Origin: Rickettsiales bacterium
GTDB taxonomy: Bacteria; Pseudomonadota; Alphaproteobacteria; Rickettsiales; RI-342
Direction: 5' to 3'
NCBI GenBank assembly: GCA_044368015.1
Contig: JBIPLF010000002.1
Coordinates: 25,625-89,624, forward strand
Length of the DNA stretch: 64,000 bases
In this document: piece after piece, positions 28,426 to 38,600 of the stretch
How positions within the stretch are numbered: position 1 is the stretch's first letter
Layout of the letters: each line of letters begins with the position of its first letter
Translations under genes and position numbers: made by a program
Notes under the pieces: generated by a model
The model's database searches: none
What the model saw: the letters and a program-made list of their open reading frames with translations, nothing else
Told to the model about the DNA's origin: nothing

Positions 28426-30408
28426 ATGAGCGATTTATTTACAGCCCCCTCCCCTGCGACCCTGCCGGAACAAAGCTACACCGCGGCCGATATCGAGGTG
28501 CTGGAAGGGCTGGAGCCGGTACGTCGGCGTCCGGGCATGTATATTGGCGGCACGGACGAGGCCGCCATGCAGCATCTGGTGCATGAGGTGCTGGACAACG
28601 CCATGGACGAAGCCGTGGCGGGCCATGCTTCGCGTATTGAGCTGTTCCTCCATGCCGACCAAAGCGTGACGATCCGCGATAATGGGCGTGGCATCCCCAC
28701 CGATCCACATCCGAAATATCCGGATAAGTCGGCGTTGGAGGTGATTCTCACCACGCTGCATTCCGGTGGTAAATTCTCCGGGAAGCTCTACCAGACCTCC
28801 GGCGGGCTGCACGGGGTGGGGATTTCCGTCGTCAATGCGTTATCAGAATCGCTGGTGGTTGAGGTGGTGCGCAATAAACTCGCCTGGCGTCAGGCTTACT
28901 CACGGGGTGAGCCGGTGACCCCGCTGGAGTCTCTGGGCGCCAATGTGAGCCGTCGCGGTACCAGCGTTACCTTCCGGCCCGATACCGAGATTTTCGGCGC
29001 ACGCGCCCGGTTTCGCCCCGTAGCGCTGTGGAAGCTGGCCAAAACCAAAGCCTATCTGCATCCCGGCGTCACCATTCGCTGGCAGTGCGACGTAGAACTC
29101 GCCACCGATGGCGTACCGGAAAAGGATGAATTCTGTTTCGCAGGCGGCATGCGCGACTATCTGCGTGAACTGATGCAGGAAGCGCCGACCATTCTGCCGG
29201 AAGGTTTTTCTGGCGAGGTTCCCTTGCAGGAAGCGGGGAGCAAAATCGCCTGGGCGCTCACCTGGCTGCAATGGGATGAGGGAACCACCGCGTCCTTCTG
29301 CAACACCATTCCCACGCCGCTTGGCGGTGTGCATGAGGCGGGGCTTAAAAACGTCCTGCTCAAAGGTTTGCGCGCTTACGGGGAGCTGAAAGCCGTCAAA
29401 CGTGCCGGGCAGTTGCAGGCGGAAGATGTCTTTCGTACCTTATGTTGCGCCGTTTCTATTTTCCTGCGTGACCCGCAATTTCAGGGGCAAACGAAGGAAA
29501 AGCTGGTCAATCAGGATGTCAGCCGTCAGGTGGAGGCTGCTATCCGCGACCATTTTGATCACTGGCTGAGCGGGCATCCGGAGCAAGCCGATCAACTCCT
29601 CACCCATGTGCTGAGTGCGATGGATGAGCGACTCAAGCGCCGTAAAGATACCGATATTGCCCGCAAAAACCCCACGCAACGGCTGCGCCTTCCCGGTAAA
29701 TTGGCCGATTGCACGCGGGAATCCTCACTCGGCACCGAGCTGTTTCTGGTGGAAGGCGATTCCGCAGGTGGTTCCGCCAAACAAGCGCGTGACCGTGATA
29801 CGCAGGCGGTATTGCCGCTGCGGGGAAAAATCCTCAATGTCGCCAGCGCCACTAAGGATAAAATTTCTCAGAATCAGGAATTGTCCGATCTGGTGCAGGC
29901 GCTCGGTTGTGGGCTTGGTAAGCATTTCAAACTGGAAGATGTCCGTTATGAACGCATCATCATCATGACCGATGCCGATGTGGATGGAGCGCATATTGCC
30001 TCCCTCCTCATGACCTTCTTTTATCAGGAATTGCGGCCGCTTATCATGGCGCGGCGCTTGTTTCTCGCCCAGCCACCGCTCTATCGCGTGGTGCATCAGG
30101 GTGAAACCCGTTATTTGAGCGATGATGCCGAGAAAGAGAAATATGTGGCATCCCTCTCTCCGCGCCATAAACCGGAAATCTCACGATTTAAGGGGCTGGG
30201 AGAAATGACCGCACCCCAACTCAAGGAAACCACCATGAAGCCCGGTGTTCGCCGCTTGTGGCAGGTGGAGCTGCTCACCGAGGATAGCCTCAGCACCCAT
30301 GAGCAGGTGGATGCGTTAATGGGCAAAAACCCCCAACTTCGTTATCAATTTATTCAGGAGCGCAGCGCCCTGTTTGGCGATCAGCTTGCCGCTACGGTGG
30401 ATGTATAG
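28426..30408 (+). CDS. parE: DNA topoisomerase IV subunit B
   Basis: 660 aa, which is ParE-sized and lacks the long GyrB insert. Motifs: LEGLEPVRRRPGMYIGGTD, EVLDNAMDE, the LVEGDSAGGSAKQARDR Toprim region and IMTDADVDGAHI. Confidence 0.9.
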   Translation: MSDLFTAPSPATLPEQSYTAADIEVLEGLEPVRRRPGMYIGGTDEAAMQHLVHEVLDNAMDEAVAGHASRIELFLHADQSVTIRDNGRGIPTDPHPKYPDKSALEVILTTLHSGGKFSGKLYQTSGGLHGVGISVVNALSESLVVEVVRNKLAWRQAYSRGEPVTPLESLGANVSRRGTSVTFRPDTEIFGARARFRPVALWKLAKTKAYLHPGVTIRWQCDVELATDGVPEKDEFCFAGGMRDYLRELMQEAPTILPEGFSGEVPLQEAGSKIAWALTWLQWDEGTTASFCNTIPTPLGGVHEAGLKNVLLKGLRAYGELKAVKRAGQLQAEDVFRTLCCAVSIFLRDPQFQGQTKEKLVNQDVSRQVEAAIRDHFDHWLSGHPEQADQLLTHVLSAMDERLKRRKDTDIARKNPTQRLRLPGKLADCTRESSLGTELFLVEGDSAGGSAKQARDRDTQAVLPLRGKILNVASATKDKISQNQELSDLVQALGCGLGKHFKLEDVRYERIIIMTDADVDGAHIASLLMTFFYQELRPLIMARRLFLAQPPLYRVVHQGETRYLSDDAEKEKYVASLSPRHKPEISRFKGLGEMTAPQLKETTMKPGVRRLWQVELLTEDSLSTHEQVDALMGKNPQLRYQFIQERSALFGDQLAATVDV

Positions 30409-30413
30409 GAGAG

Positions 30414-30429
30414 TGTTTCACGTGGAATT
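30414..30429. promoter_or_regulatory. parS-like site (degenerate)
   Basis: TGTTTCACGTGGAATT matches the parS consensus TGTTTCACGTGAAACA at 13 of 16 positions. The left half-site and CACGTG core are perfect. It lies between parE and mnmG. Confidence 0.45.
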
Positions 30430-30432
30430 GCC

Positions 30433-30474
30433 CCTATAGTGTTTTCGCTTTATTTTCGCACGAGGAGTGCGAAG
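30433..30474. repeat. 42-bp repeat, family D copy 1
   Basis: cctatagtgttttcgctttattttcgcacgaggagtgcgaag, with the hairpin ttcgcac-gagga-gtgcgaa. Its counterpart is at 60295-60336. Confidence 0.65.
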
Positions 30475-30545
30475 TGAAAAAAATTCCAGCGTAGGCTTTC
30501 TACGTGAATTTTATGAATCTGATGCAGGACGAAGTACGAGAATAA

Positions 30546-32411
30546 ATGGAAAATACTATAGATTACGATGTGATTGTGATTGGCGGCGGTCATGCCGGCT
30601 GCGAAGCCGCCGCAGCCTCTGCCCGTCTTGGCGCACGCACCCTCCTCATCACCCAACGCAAGGATCACATTGGGGAGATGTCCTGCAACCCTGCAATTGG
30701 CGGCATCGCCAAGGGCACGTTGGTCAAAGAAATCGACGCGCTGGACGGCGTGATGGGCCGCGCCATCGACCGGTCAGGAATTCATTACCGCATGCTCAAT
30801 CGCAGCAAAGGCCCCGCTGTGTGGGGGCCGCGTGCGCAGGCCGACCGCAAACTCTACAAACAAGCCGTGCAATCCATCCTTGGCGAATACGACGCGTTGA
30901 GCATTCTGGAAGGTGCGGTGGAGGATTTTACCCTTCAAGCGGGCCGCATCGCCGGAGTGGTGTTGTCCGACGGCTCCCGCATATCTGCGCAGACGGTGGT
31001 GTTGACCACAGGTACGTTTTTGGGAGGGGTGATTCATATTGGCCAGCAGCAAACACCGGCAGGCCGTTTTGGCGAAGCCCCCTCGCTGGGGTTAAGCCGT
31101 ACCTTGCGTGGGTTGGAGTTCGCCGTAGGACGACTCAAAACCGGCACCCCCGCCCGCATCCATAAGGATTCTATCCGGTGGGACGGGCTGGAACCACAGC
31201 CGGGCGATAATCCTCCCACGCCTTTCTCCACACTCACCACGCAAATCACGGTGCCGCAAATCGCCTGCTATATTACCTATACGCAGGAACAAACGCACGA
31301 TATTATCCGGCAGAACATCCATCAAAGCGCCATGTATTCCGGCAATATCACCGGCGTTGGGCCGCGTTACTGCCCCTCGATCGAAGATAAAGTCTCCCGC
31401 TTTGCCGATAAAACGCGGCATCAGATTTTTTTGGAACCGGAGGGGCTGGATTCCGATCTCGTCTATCCGAACGGGATTTCCACCTCCCTCCCCGCCGATG
31501 TGCAGGAGGCATTTATTCACTCTATCCCCGGCCTAGAGGATGCGCAGATCGTGCGTCCCGGTTATGCGGTGGAGTATGATTATGTAGACCCGCGTGAGTT
31601 GCGGGCGACGCTCGAAACCAAAAAAATTCAGGGACTGTTTTTTGCTGGGCAGATCAACGGCACCACCGGATATGAAGAAGCCGGAGCGCAAGGTATTTTG
31701 GCGGGAATCAACGCCGCACGTCAGGTGAAAGGGCTGGGACCCGTCACGGTTTCCCGTGCACAAGGCTATATTGGTGTGTTGGTGGATGACCTCATCACCC
31801 ATGGCACGCAGGAGCCATACCGCATGTTCACCTCGCGCTCCGAATACCGGCTGAGCCTGCGTGCTGATAATGCAGATCGGCGACTCACCCCCTCAGGGCG
31901 CGATTGGGGAGTCGTGGGAGAGATGCGATGGACCGCTTTTGACCTCAAACAATCGGCGCTTCACCAAGCAAAAGAAGCATTAGAGCAGCATTCCTTTACC
32001 CCGAACCAATTGCAGGCCGTAGGGATTACCGTAAATGGCGATGGCAAGCGCCGGAACGGCATGGAATTGCTGGCGTTGCATCCATCGGCAGCTCAGATAG
32101 AAGTGCTTGCACAGGCATTGCATCCACTGGAAGCAGAATGGCGTGATACGCTCGTCAGCGACGCCCTCTATGCCGGGTATTTGCGTCAGCAAACGCAGGA
32201 AATTGCCCTGCTGGCGAATGAGGAGCAATGCCAGATCCCTCTGGACCTGAATTATGCGGAGGTTCCTTCCTTGTCACGAGAGCTGCAATTAAAATTGGGG
32301 CAAACGCGCCCACATTCGCTGGCAATGGCGCGTCGTATTCCGGGCATGACGCCGGCGGCGATCACGGCACTCGCGGTTCATCTCTCGCGTAAATCGACAC
32401 AGGCGGCATAA
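30546..32411 (+). CDS. mnmG: tRNA uridine-5-carboxymethylaminomethyl modification enzyme MnmG (GidA)
   Basis: 621 aa with [27 protein letters not shown] and [11 protein letters not shown]. Confidence 0.97.
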   Translation: MENTIDYDVIVIGGGHAGCEAAAASARLGARTLLITQRKDHIGEMSCNPAIGGIAKGTLVKEIDALDGVMGRAIDRSGIHYRMLNRSKGPAVWGPRAQADRKLYKQAVQSILGEYDALSILEGAVEDFTLQAGRIAGVVLSDGSRISAQTVVLTTGTFLGGVIHIGQQQTPAGRFGEAPSLGLSRTLRGLEFAVGRLKTGTPARIHKDSIRWDGLEPQPGDNPPTPFSTLTTQITVPQIACYITYTQEQTHDIIRQNIHQSAMYSGNITGVGPRYCPSIEDKVSRFADKTRHQIFLEPEGLDSDLVYPNGISTSLPADVQEAFIHSIPGLEDAQIVRPGYAVEYDYVDPRELRATLETKKIQGLFFAGQINGTTGYEEAGAQGILAGINAARQVKGLGPVTVSRAQGYIGVLVDDLITHGTQEPYRMFTSRSEYRLSLRADNADRRLTPSGRDWGVVGEMRWTAFDLKQSALHQAKEALEQHSFTPNQLQAVGITVNGDGKRRNGMELLALHPSAAQIEVLAQALHPLEAEWRDTLVSDALYAGYLRQQTQEIALLANEEQCQIPLDLNYAEVPSLSRELQLKLGQTRPHSLAMARRIPGMTPAAITALAVHLSRKSTQAA

Positions 32412-32416
32412 GCAAG

Positions 32417-33040
32417 GTGAACACGTCTCCTTTATCCTTGCCGGTTGGAGAGCCATTTGTCAGCGATATCGAACGCTATGTCACGCTGCTCACGCGCTGG
32501 CAGTGTTATACACAATTGATCAGTACCGCCAGCGAAGCTGAGCTGTGGCAACGCCATGTGCTGGATGCCGCCCAGCTAGAGGCGCTGATCCCTGCCTCTG
32601 CGGATGGCCTCTGGGATGTTGGGTCCGGTGCCGGACTTCCGGGGATGATACTCGCCATATTACGGCGTGACATGCGTATCACCCTAATTGAAAAACAACA
32701 TAAGCGCGCGGTGTTTCTGGAACGTGTAGTCGAACAATTGGGGCTTCGCCATGTGACCGTTCATGCCGGAGCGGTCGAGGCCCTGCCTTCCCCTGCGGCA
32801 GAGGTGGTCACGGCGCGTGCCGTGGCTCCCTTGCCACGTTTATTGCATATGCTTTCTGCAAAATTGAAACCTGATACGCTTTGCATCTTTCCTTTGGGGC
32901 AAAACTTCGATACAGAACTAACAGAAGCGGTGAAGCGATATCGTTTCACGTGGAACCTTCATGCAAGCCATGTGGATCCACATTCCCGCATTCTGGTGTT
33001 GACGGAGTTTCATGATCCCCATGCCACGCAAGCGCGCTAA
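32417..33040 (+). CDS. rsmG: 16S rRNA (guanine527-N7)-methyltransferase RsmG (GidB)
   Basis: GTG start. DVGSGAGLPGMILAI is the SAM motif. It sits between mnmG and parA. Confidence 0.9.
   Translation: MNTSPLSLPVGEPFVSDIERYVTLLTRWQCYTQLISTASEAELWQRHVLDAAQLEALIPASADGLWDVGSGAGLPGMILAILRRDMRITLIEKQHKRAVFLERVVEQLGLRHVTVHAGAVEALPSPAAEVVTARAVAPLPRLLHMLSAKLKPDTLCIFPLGQNFDTELTEAVKRYRFTWNLHASHVDPHSRILVLTEFHDPHATQAR
32942..32957. promoter_or_regulatory. parS-like site inside the 3' end of rsmG
   Basis: The core GTTTCACGTGGAAC differs from the palindromic parS core GTTTCACGTGAAAC at one position. It lies about 60-70 nt upstream of the parA start. Confidence 0.6.
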
Positions 33041-33821
33041 CGTCTTTGCCATTGTCAACCAGAAGGGCGGGGTGGGAAAAACCACCACGGCCGTAAATCT
33101 GGCCACGGCCCTTGCTGCCACCGGAAAGCGTGTGCTGGTGGTGGATTTGGACCCTCAGGGAAATGCCAGCACCGGGCTAGGCATTGACAGGAAACGCCGC
33201 AGCTATACCTCCTATGATGTGTTGATCGGTCGGAATAGCTTTCACGATGCCACCGTTGCGCACAGCGTTCCGCATTTATATGTGGTGCCCGCAACGGTTG
33301 ACCTCTCCGGCGCAGAGCTGGAGCTGGTGTCAATCCCAGGCCGGGAGTGCGTGTTGCGTGATGCGATGGAGCCCATTGTTCATAGCTATGATTTTATCTT
33401 TATTGATTGCCCCCCCTCGCTGGGATTACTGACCCTGAACGCCATGGTTGCTGCCAATCGTATTTTGGTGCCTTTACAATGCGAGTTTTATGCTCTGGAA
33501 GGCTTGAGCCACTTGATTAAAACCATTGATCTGGTCAAGAAACGGCTTAACCCTTCGCTTGAAATCGCCGGTGTGGTGCTGACCATGTATGATCGACGCA
33601 ATCGCTTGACCTCGCAGATCGAGCGTGATGTCCGTGCCTATTTTGGTAGTCGGGTATATCATACCGTTGTGCCACGCAATGTACGGGTATCGGAAGCCCC
33701 CTCGCATGGATTGCCCGCACTGTTATACGACTTGCAATGTACAGGTTCGCAAGCCTACGCGCTTTTGGCGCGGGAGGTGTTGCGTGCTACAGAATCAGAA
33801 CCAGAGGAGGTTGCCGCATGA
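33012..33821 (+). CDS. parA: chromosome partitioning ATPase ParA (Soj)
   Basis: FAIVNQKGGVGKTTTAVNLA is the deviant Walker A. VLVVDLDPQGNAS and FIDCPPSLG are also present. The start may be the ATG at 33021. Confidence 0.95.
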   Translation: MIPMPRKRANVFAIVNQKGGVGKTTTAVNLATALAATGKRVLVVDLDPQGNASTGLGIDRKRRSYTSYDVLIGRNSFHDATVAHSVPHLYVVPATVDLSGAELELVSIPGRECVLRDAMEPIVHSYDFIFIDCPPSLGLLTLNAMVAANRILVPLQCEFYALEGLSHLIKTIDLVKKRLNPSLEIAGVVLTMYDRRNRLTSQIERDVRAYFGSRVYHTVVPRNVRVSEAPSHGLPALLYDLQCTGSQAYALLAREVLRATESEPEEVAA

Positions 33822-34699
33822 GTGATGTCGCCTTAAAACGAGGCCTTGGGAGGGGGATTTCTGCCCTGCTGGAGGACGAGAATTTTGCGTTTGGTGGAGA
33901 GCAGGCCGAGCAAAAAACCGGTTCCATGCAGCAGGAGATGCCGATCGCGCATTTGCGTCCCGGGCGCAACCAGCCGCGCCACCATTTTGATGAGGTCGCG
34001 TTGCGTGAGCTATCGGATTCCATCCGCGAGCATGGGGTTATGCAGCCACTATTGGTGCGTCCCAGTCAGGAGGAAGGGCTGTATGAAATTCTGGCCGGAG
34101 AGCGGCGTTGGCGTGCCGCGCAACTGGCCGGGCTGATGGCGGTGCCGGTGTTGGTGCGTGCCGCCACCGAACAGAATGCGCTGGAATGCGCGATCATTGA
34201 GAATGTGCAGCGTCAGGATTTGTCCCCGCTGGAGGAGGCGGAAGGGTATCAACGCCTGATTGAAGAGTTTGATTACACCTACGAAAAAGTGGGTGTGCGT
34301 GTGGGGAAAAGCAAGTCGCACGTCACCAATCTGGTGCGGCTGCTGGCCTTGCCGGAAGAGGTAAAGGTCATGCTGCGCGATGGGTTGCTCACTATGGGCC
34401 ATGCGCGGGCACTGATTACCACCGCCAACCCAACGGCTCTGGCGCAGGAGATTGTGCGGAAAGGGCTGAATGTGCGTCAGGCGGAACTGCTTGCGAAAAA
34501 CGGCCTTCTGGTAGCCTCAGAGAAGGTGGCGGCTCACCCTCAGGCCCAAACGGAATTTGCCGCGCTGGAAGAAGCGCTGAGCCGGAATATCGGGTTGAAG
34601 GTCCGCATCAAGGCCAAGGGAAACCGGGGCAATATCGTGATTGCCTATAGCGATATGCAGCAGTTAGACGATGTGTTGCGCAAATTGGGGGGAGTCTAA
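33818..34699 (+). CDS. parB: chromosome partitioning protein ParB (Spo0J)
   Basis: The ATG overlaps the parA stop (ATGA). KRGLGRGISALL, NQPRHHFDE, EILAGERRWRAAQLAG and the HTH region are present. Confidence 0.95.
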   Translation: MSDVALKRGLGRGISALLEDENFAFGGEQAEQKTGSMQQEMPIAHLRPGRNQPRHHFDEVALRELSDSIREHGVMQPLLVRPSQEEGLYEILAGERRWRAAQLAGLMAVPVLVRAATEQNALECAIIENVQRQDLSPLEEAEGYQRLIEEFDYTYEKVGVRVGKSKSHVTNLVRLLALPEEVKVMLRDGLLTMGHARALITTANPTALAQEIVRKGLNVRQAELLAKNGLLVASEKVAAHPQAQTEFAALEEALSRNIGLKVRIKAKGNRGNIVIAYSDMQQLDDVLRKLGGV

Positions 34700-34702
34700 A
34701 CC

Positions 34703-35485
34703 ATGCCGGATACAGGGTATGTGCTTGCCGGAAAAACCTACCGCTCGCGATTGCTGGTCGGCACCGGAAAATACAAGGATTTTGCGCAAACCGCCGCGGC
34801 GATAGAGGCCTCCGGTGCCGAGATTGTGACCGTCGCCGTGCGCCGAGTGAATGTGACGGACGCCAAGGCCCCGAAATTACAGGAGTTTCTGGATCCCAAA
34901 CGCTACACCTATCTTCCGAATACCGCCGGTTGTTATACGGCGGAGGATGCCGTGCGCACGCTGCGCTTAGCCCGCGAGGCAGGAGGGTGGAATCTGGTGA
35001 AGCTGGAAGTGCTGGGCGATACCAAAACCCTCTATCCCGACATGGTAGAAACCATCAAAGCCGCGGAGATTCTGTTGAAAGACGGGTTTGAGGTCATGGC
35101 TTACACTACCGATGATCCCATTCTGGCGCGCAGGCTGGAGGAAGTGGGGTGTTGCGCGATTATGCCGCTTGCGGCCCCTATTGGCTCTGGGCTTGGCATC
35201 CAGAACCCATTGAATATCCGGTTTATTGTAGAACAGGCGAAGGTGCCGGTGCTGGTGGATGCGGGGGTGGGTACGGCTTCCGATGCCGCGATGGCAATGG
35301 AGTTGGGATGCGACGCCGTGCTGATGAACACGGCGATTGCCGAAGCACGCGATCCCGTCGCCATGGCTCATGCGATGCGGTTAGGGGTGGAGGCCGGGCG
35401 GATGGCCTACCTCGCCGGACGGATGCCCAAACGGCAGTATGGGGTTCCATCCTCACCGATTGAAGGACTGGCGGCCTCTGCCTGA
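34703..35485 (+). CDS. thiG: thiazole synthase
   Basis: 260 aa with [22 protein letters not shown] and [15 protein letters not shown]. Confidence 0.95.
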   Translation: MPDTGYVLAGKTYRSRLLVGTGKYKDFAQTAAAIEASGAEIVTVAVRRVNVTDAKAPKLQEFLDPKRYTYLPNTAGCYTAEDAVRTLRLAREAGGWNLVKLEVLGDTKTLYPDMVETIKAAEILLKDGFEVMAYTTDDPILARRLEEVGCCAIMPLAAPIGSGLGIQNPLNIRFIVEQAKVPVLVDAGVGTASDAAMAMELGCDAVLMNTAIAEARDPVAMAHAMRLGVEAGRMAYLAGRMPKRQYGVPSSPIEGLAASA

Positions 35486-35571
35486 TATGGGCGTCAAGGT
35501 ATGCGGTAAAAATAGCACGATCACCTTCATAAAAATGCAAAAGAATGCGCGTAGCGTAAACAGATAGGCTT

Positions 35572-35589
35572 GGTTGTGATGCCACAACC
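35572..35589. promoter_or_regulatory. perfect 7-bp inverted repeat upstream of the giant gene (possible operator)
   Basis: GGTTGTG-ATGC-CACAACC ends 20 nt before the ATG at 35610. No function can be assigned from sequence alone. Confidence 0.3.
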
Positions 35590-35609
35590 TGTTTACCTGC
35601 ACGGTATCT

Positions 35610-38600
35610 ATGCGCGCCCTTGTCGTCTTCCTGCTGGTTTGGTGTGCCCTTGTTGGGGGGGCGGGCCGTTTGTATGCACAAGGTGTTGATCCTGGGAATG
35701 GAGGGCCACCTGCAGATCAATGTAAGGCACAATGCAAGGGAGAATATGTGTGTCCGGTTGCTTGTGCCAACAGGTCGGGTGAAGGCAGCGCGACTGGTTA
35801 TCAGGGGTGTGGATCTGCTTGGCATTCTGCTCTGGGGTACGCCTACTATCCAGGAAATCTTCGTTTGGGGTCATTCCACCCCGGTCTTGATATTTCGAGC
35901 ACCTGTCCGGAAGAAAAATGCGACACGGTGAAAGACCCTATTACAGGTGCTGAAACAAAGGTAAACTGCCGTACAGTTCCCAACCTTGGTGCCATGATGG
36001 CGCAGGCAACCCACGGTGGAAAGGTTGTTTTTAAGCAATTTCACGGAGTTCCATACTACGGCATGGTCATTATTGCCCATAAAGATGCAAGCAATGGCCA
36101 AACCTGTTTTACGCGCTACATGCACTTGAATGCAAGTACCCTTAACTCAGAATTTGCTGTCGGTAGCATCATCGAAAAGGGAACTTTTCTTGGTAATATT
36201 CAGATTAACGTACAGGGTAGTGGTCTAACGGGTCCGCATTTGCATATGGATATGTGTTGCGGGAATAGCTGTCCCTTGGGCCGAGTTGATGTCACCGGGG
36301 TGGAGGCTCCCTCTCCGACCGATCCGTTGCACCAGAATCCCCTGTCCTCTGCGGCTGTGTCTCACACCCCCGGTTATTTCGGAGAGCCGCTTCGGGATGA
36401 AAAAGGAAATATTGTCTATCTAGATGAAAATGGAAGCCGTACTACCAAGGAGCTTGGAAAACCAGTGTACGGTTTCCCCAGTATGGCATTCGCACAGTCG
36501 AAAGGTTTTCAGGATGTTGGCGCGCTGATCAGCGGTCAGTGTTTGTGTGATCTGCGTCAATGCAAAGATAATCATAATGATGAAATCTGCACCGCCAAAG
36601 GATTTACCGAAGAGGTGCCGGAGTTCATGGCTGACCTCACCGAAGAAATTTGCCATGCTGATCTGGCTCCGGGTGGGTATTATGGCATGAGGGCGGGGGT
36701 GGGCAACTCTGAGCCGCCAGATGGGTTGGACAGGCCGCAGCATGCCACCAGTTGGTTGCTGGGACGGGACCGGATTGATCGCAGTAAACCCTATCCCGCG
36801 AATCTGGATGATAGTCAGGGGCATGGCTATTTTATTGGCCGGAACGTGCCTGGGGTGCTGCCGCCTATCCATATTGGTCGCAAGGCCTGTACCAAGCCCG
36901 TGTACCCCTATTATCGGAAGAGCACCATTCACCGCAAAGTGGAGCCGGGTAATGGCCAGTTCGACAAGTTTAATTATTATTTTTCAACCTGTTATGATTT
37001 GAAAAAGAAACTTGCTGAAGCGGATGATGAACGGGAGCGGCGCATTCAGTTGCACGAGACCTTGTTCAAGCGTTGCCTCAAAAATGCCGGATCGAATAGT
37101 GCGGCTGAGAAGGCGTGCCATGACTATGCAGAAAAGACGGGTGATACGCCGGGCGAAGGATATATCGGCACCCTTCCTGAATTGAAGCGCCAAAGGCTGC
37201 TTGACCGCCAAAAACTCGATCAGTGTCTTCAGGGCCTGAATATTGACGATGACTATCACGACGAGATGATTCGATCGCTGTGTATCAATACGCCCCCCGC
37301 CCCCGGGATGACTCCCAAACAGTATTACGAAGCGCTGATCAAGTGTGTGGACAAGCATATTGAGGATAATGAGAGCGAGCCGATTCTCAAGACCGCCAAC
37401 CCCTGCCGTGGCACTAGCCAATGGTATTGTCAGGAACTCTATATTCACGACAAGGCCGAGAACCCGAAGAATCGCCCCAGTGTGGAGCGTATTTATAATC
37501 CGGAGAACCCCTGGTACCCTCGCAATGAGGTGGTGGGGTATGAGTCAGCTTGCGGAAAGCCTGCCGCCTGTGGTGAGTTTTCAAGCCCGTTATGCGGCAA
37601 ATATAAAGATTGCGGTTCGTTTGGCAGTGCCCCGATTCTGGCAGACAGGAAGGGAGCGTTTGATAGTTGCGTTTCTACCTATGCGCAGTATGGCATTGGA
37701 AAAGAGGCCTGTTGCCCGATCCTGTGGGAGTATTTTGTTCCGGAGAATGTGCTGGAGATTCGCCAAACCAGCTATGTGCCACATCCTGAAGGAGGAGCGT
37801 GCCCGTCGATTAGCAATCTGGACGCTTCCTGCCCCCCAACCGAGAACTACACATGGGATGTCTTTAAGGAAGTGGAGTCTTGTGTCATCCCGGATTACGG
37901 CAAGGAAACCTCCTTTGCACTCAAGGGCATGAAAGATTCTCAGGGTAAGACCACCGGAAAATCGGAGCCTTTCCCGCAATGGTGGGATTTTGGAACGCCG
38001 CATTGCCGTGGATGGAATGATACCATCACCGGGGTGGGAACTCCGCTGGAAAATTGTGCGATTGGCGGCTGGAACGAACTCAAGCTCTATCAGGCGCGTT
38101 GCTATGCCGTGCAGGGGGTGCGTTGCGTTTGCGATTATGAGAAAACCTTCAAGATCGGATCGGCAGAAGAATATGTGCTCCGGCGCGCAGGAGCCTGGAT
38201 TGAGCATGGTCAGGAAAAAACCTTGGATACCGCGAACAGCAGGTATGGGCGTCAGGCTTTCTGGAACTGGGGGCTTGGCTGGCGCGGCTATGTGTCGGAT
38301 CGCCGTCCCGGCAAACGATTCCCCAATTTATATAGCAATCTGGACCCTGACCGCCTGTATTCTCTCGCGAATCCCGATCCCGATCTGACTCCCGGGGCCG
38401 GGGTGGTGATGGTGGGGCTGGATAATGCTATGCCGGGCGATATTCTGGTCTGGGATGCCGAGGTGCTGGTACCGGATGTGATGCCCGTACCCGCCGATTG
38501 CCCTGATCCGAGCACCGGGGCCTATATAAAACGCCTGCCGCATGTCGCCTATGTGGAAAAAGCAGAAACTGTGGCGACTTGTGCGGCCGGTGGATCCGGG

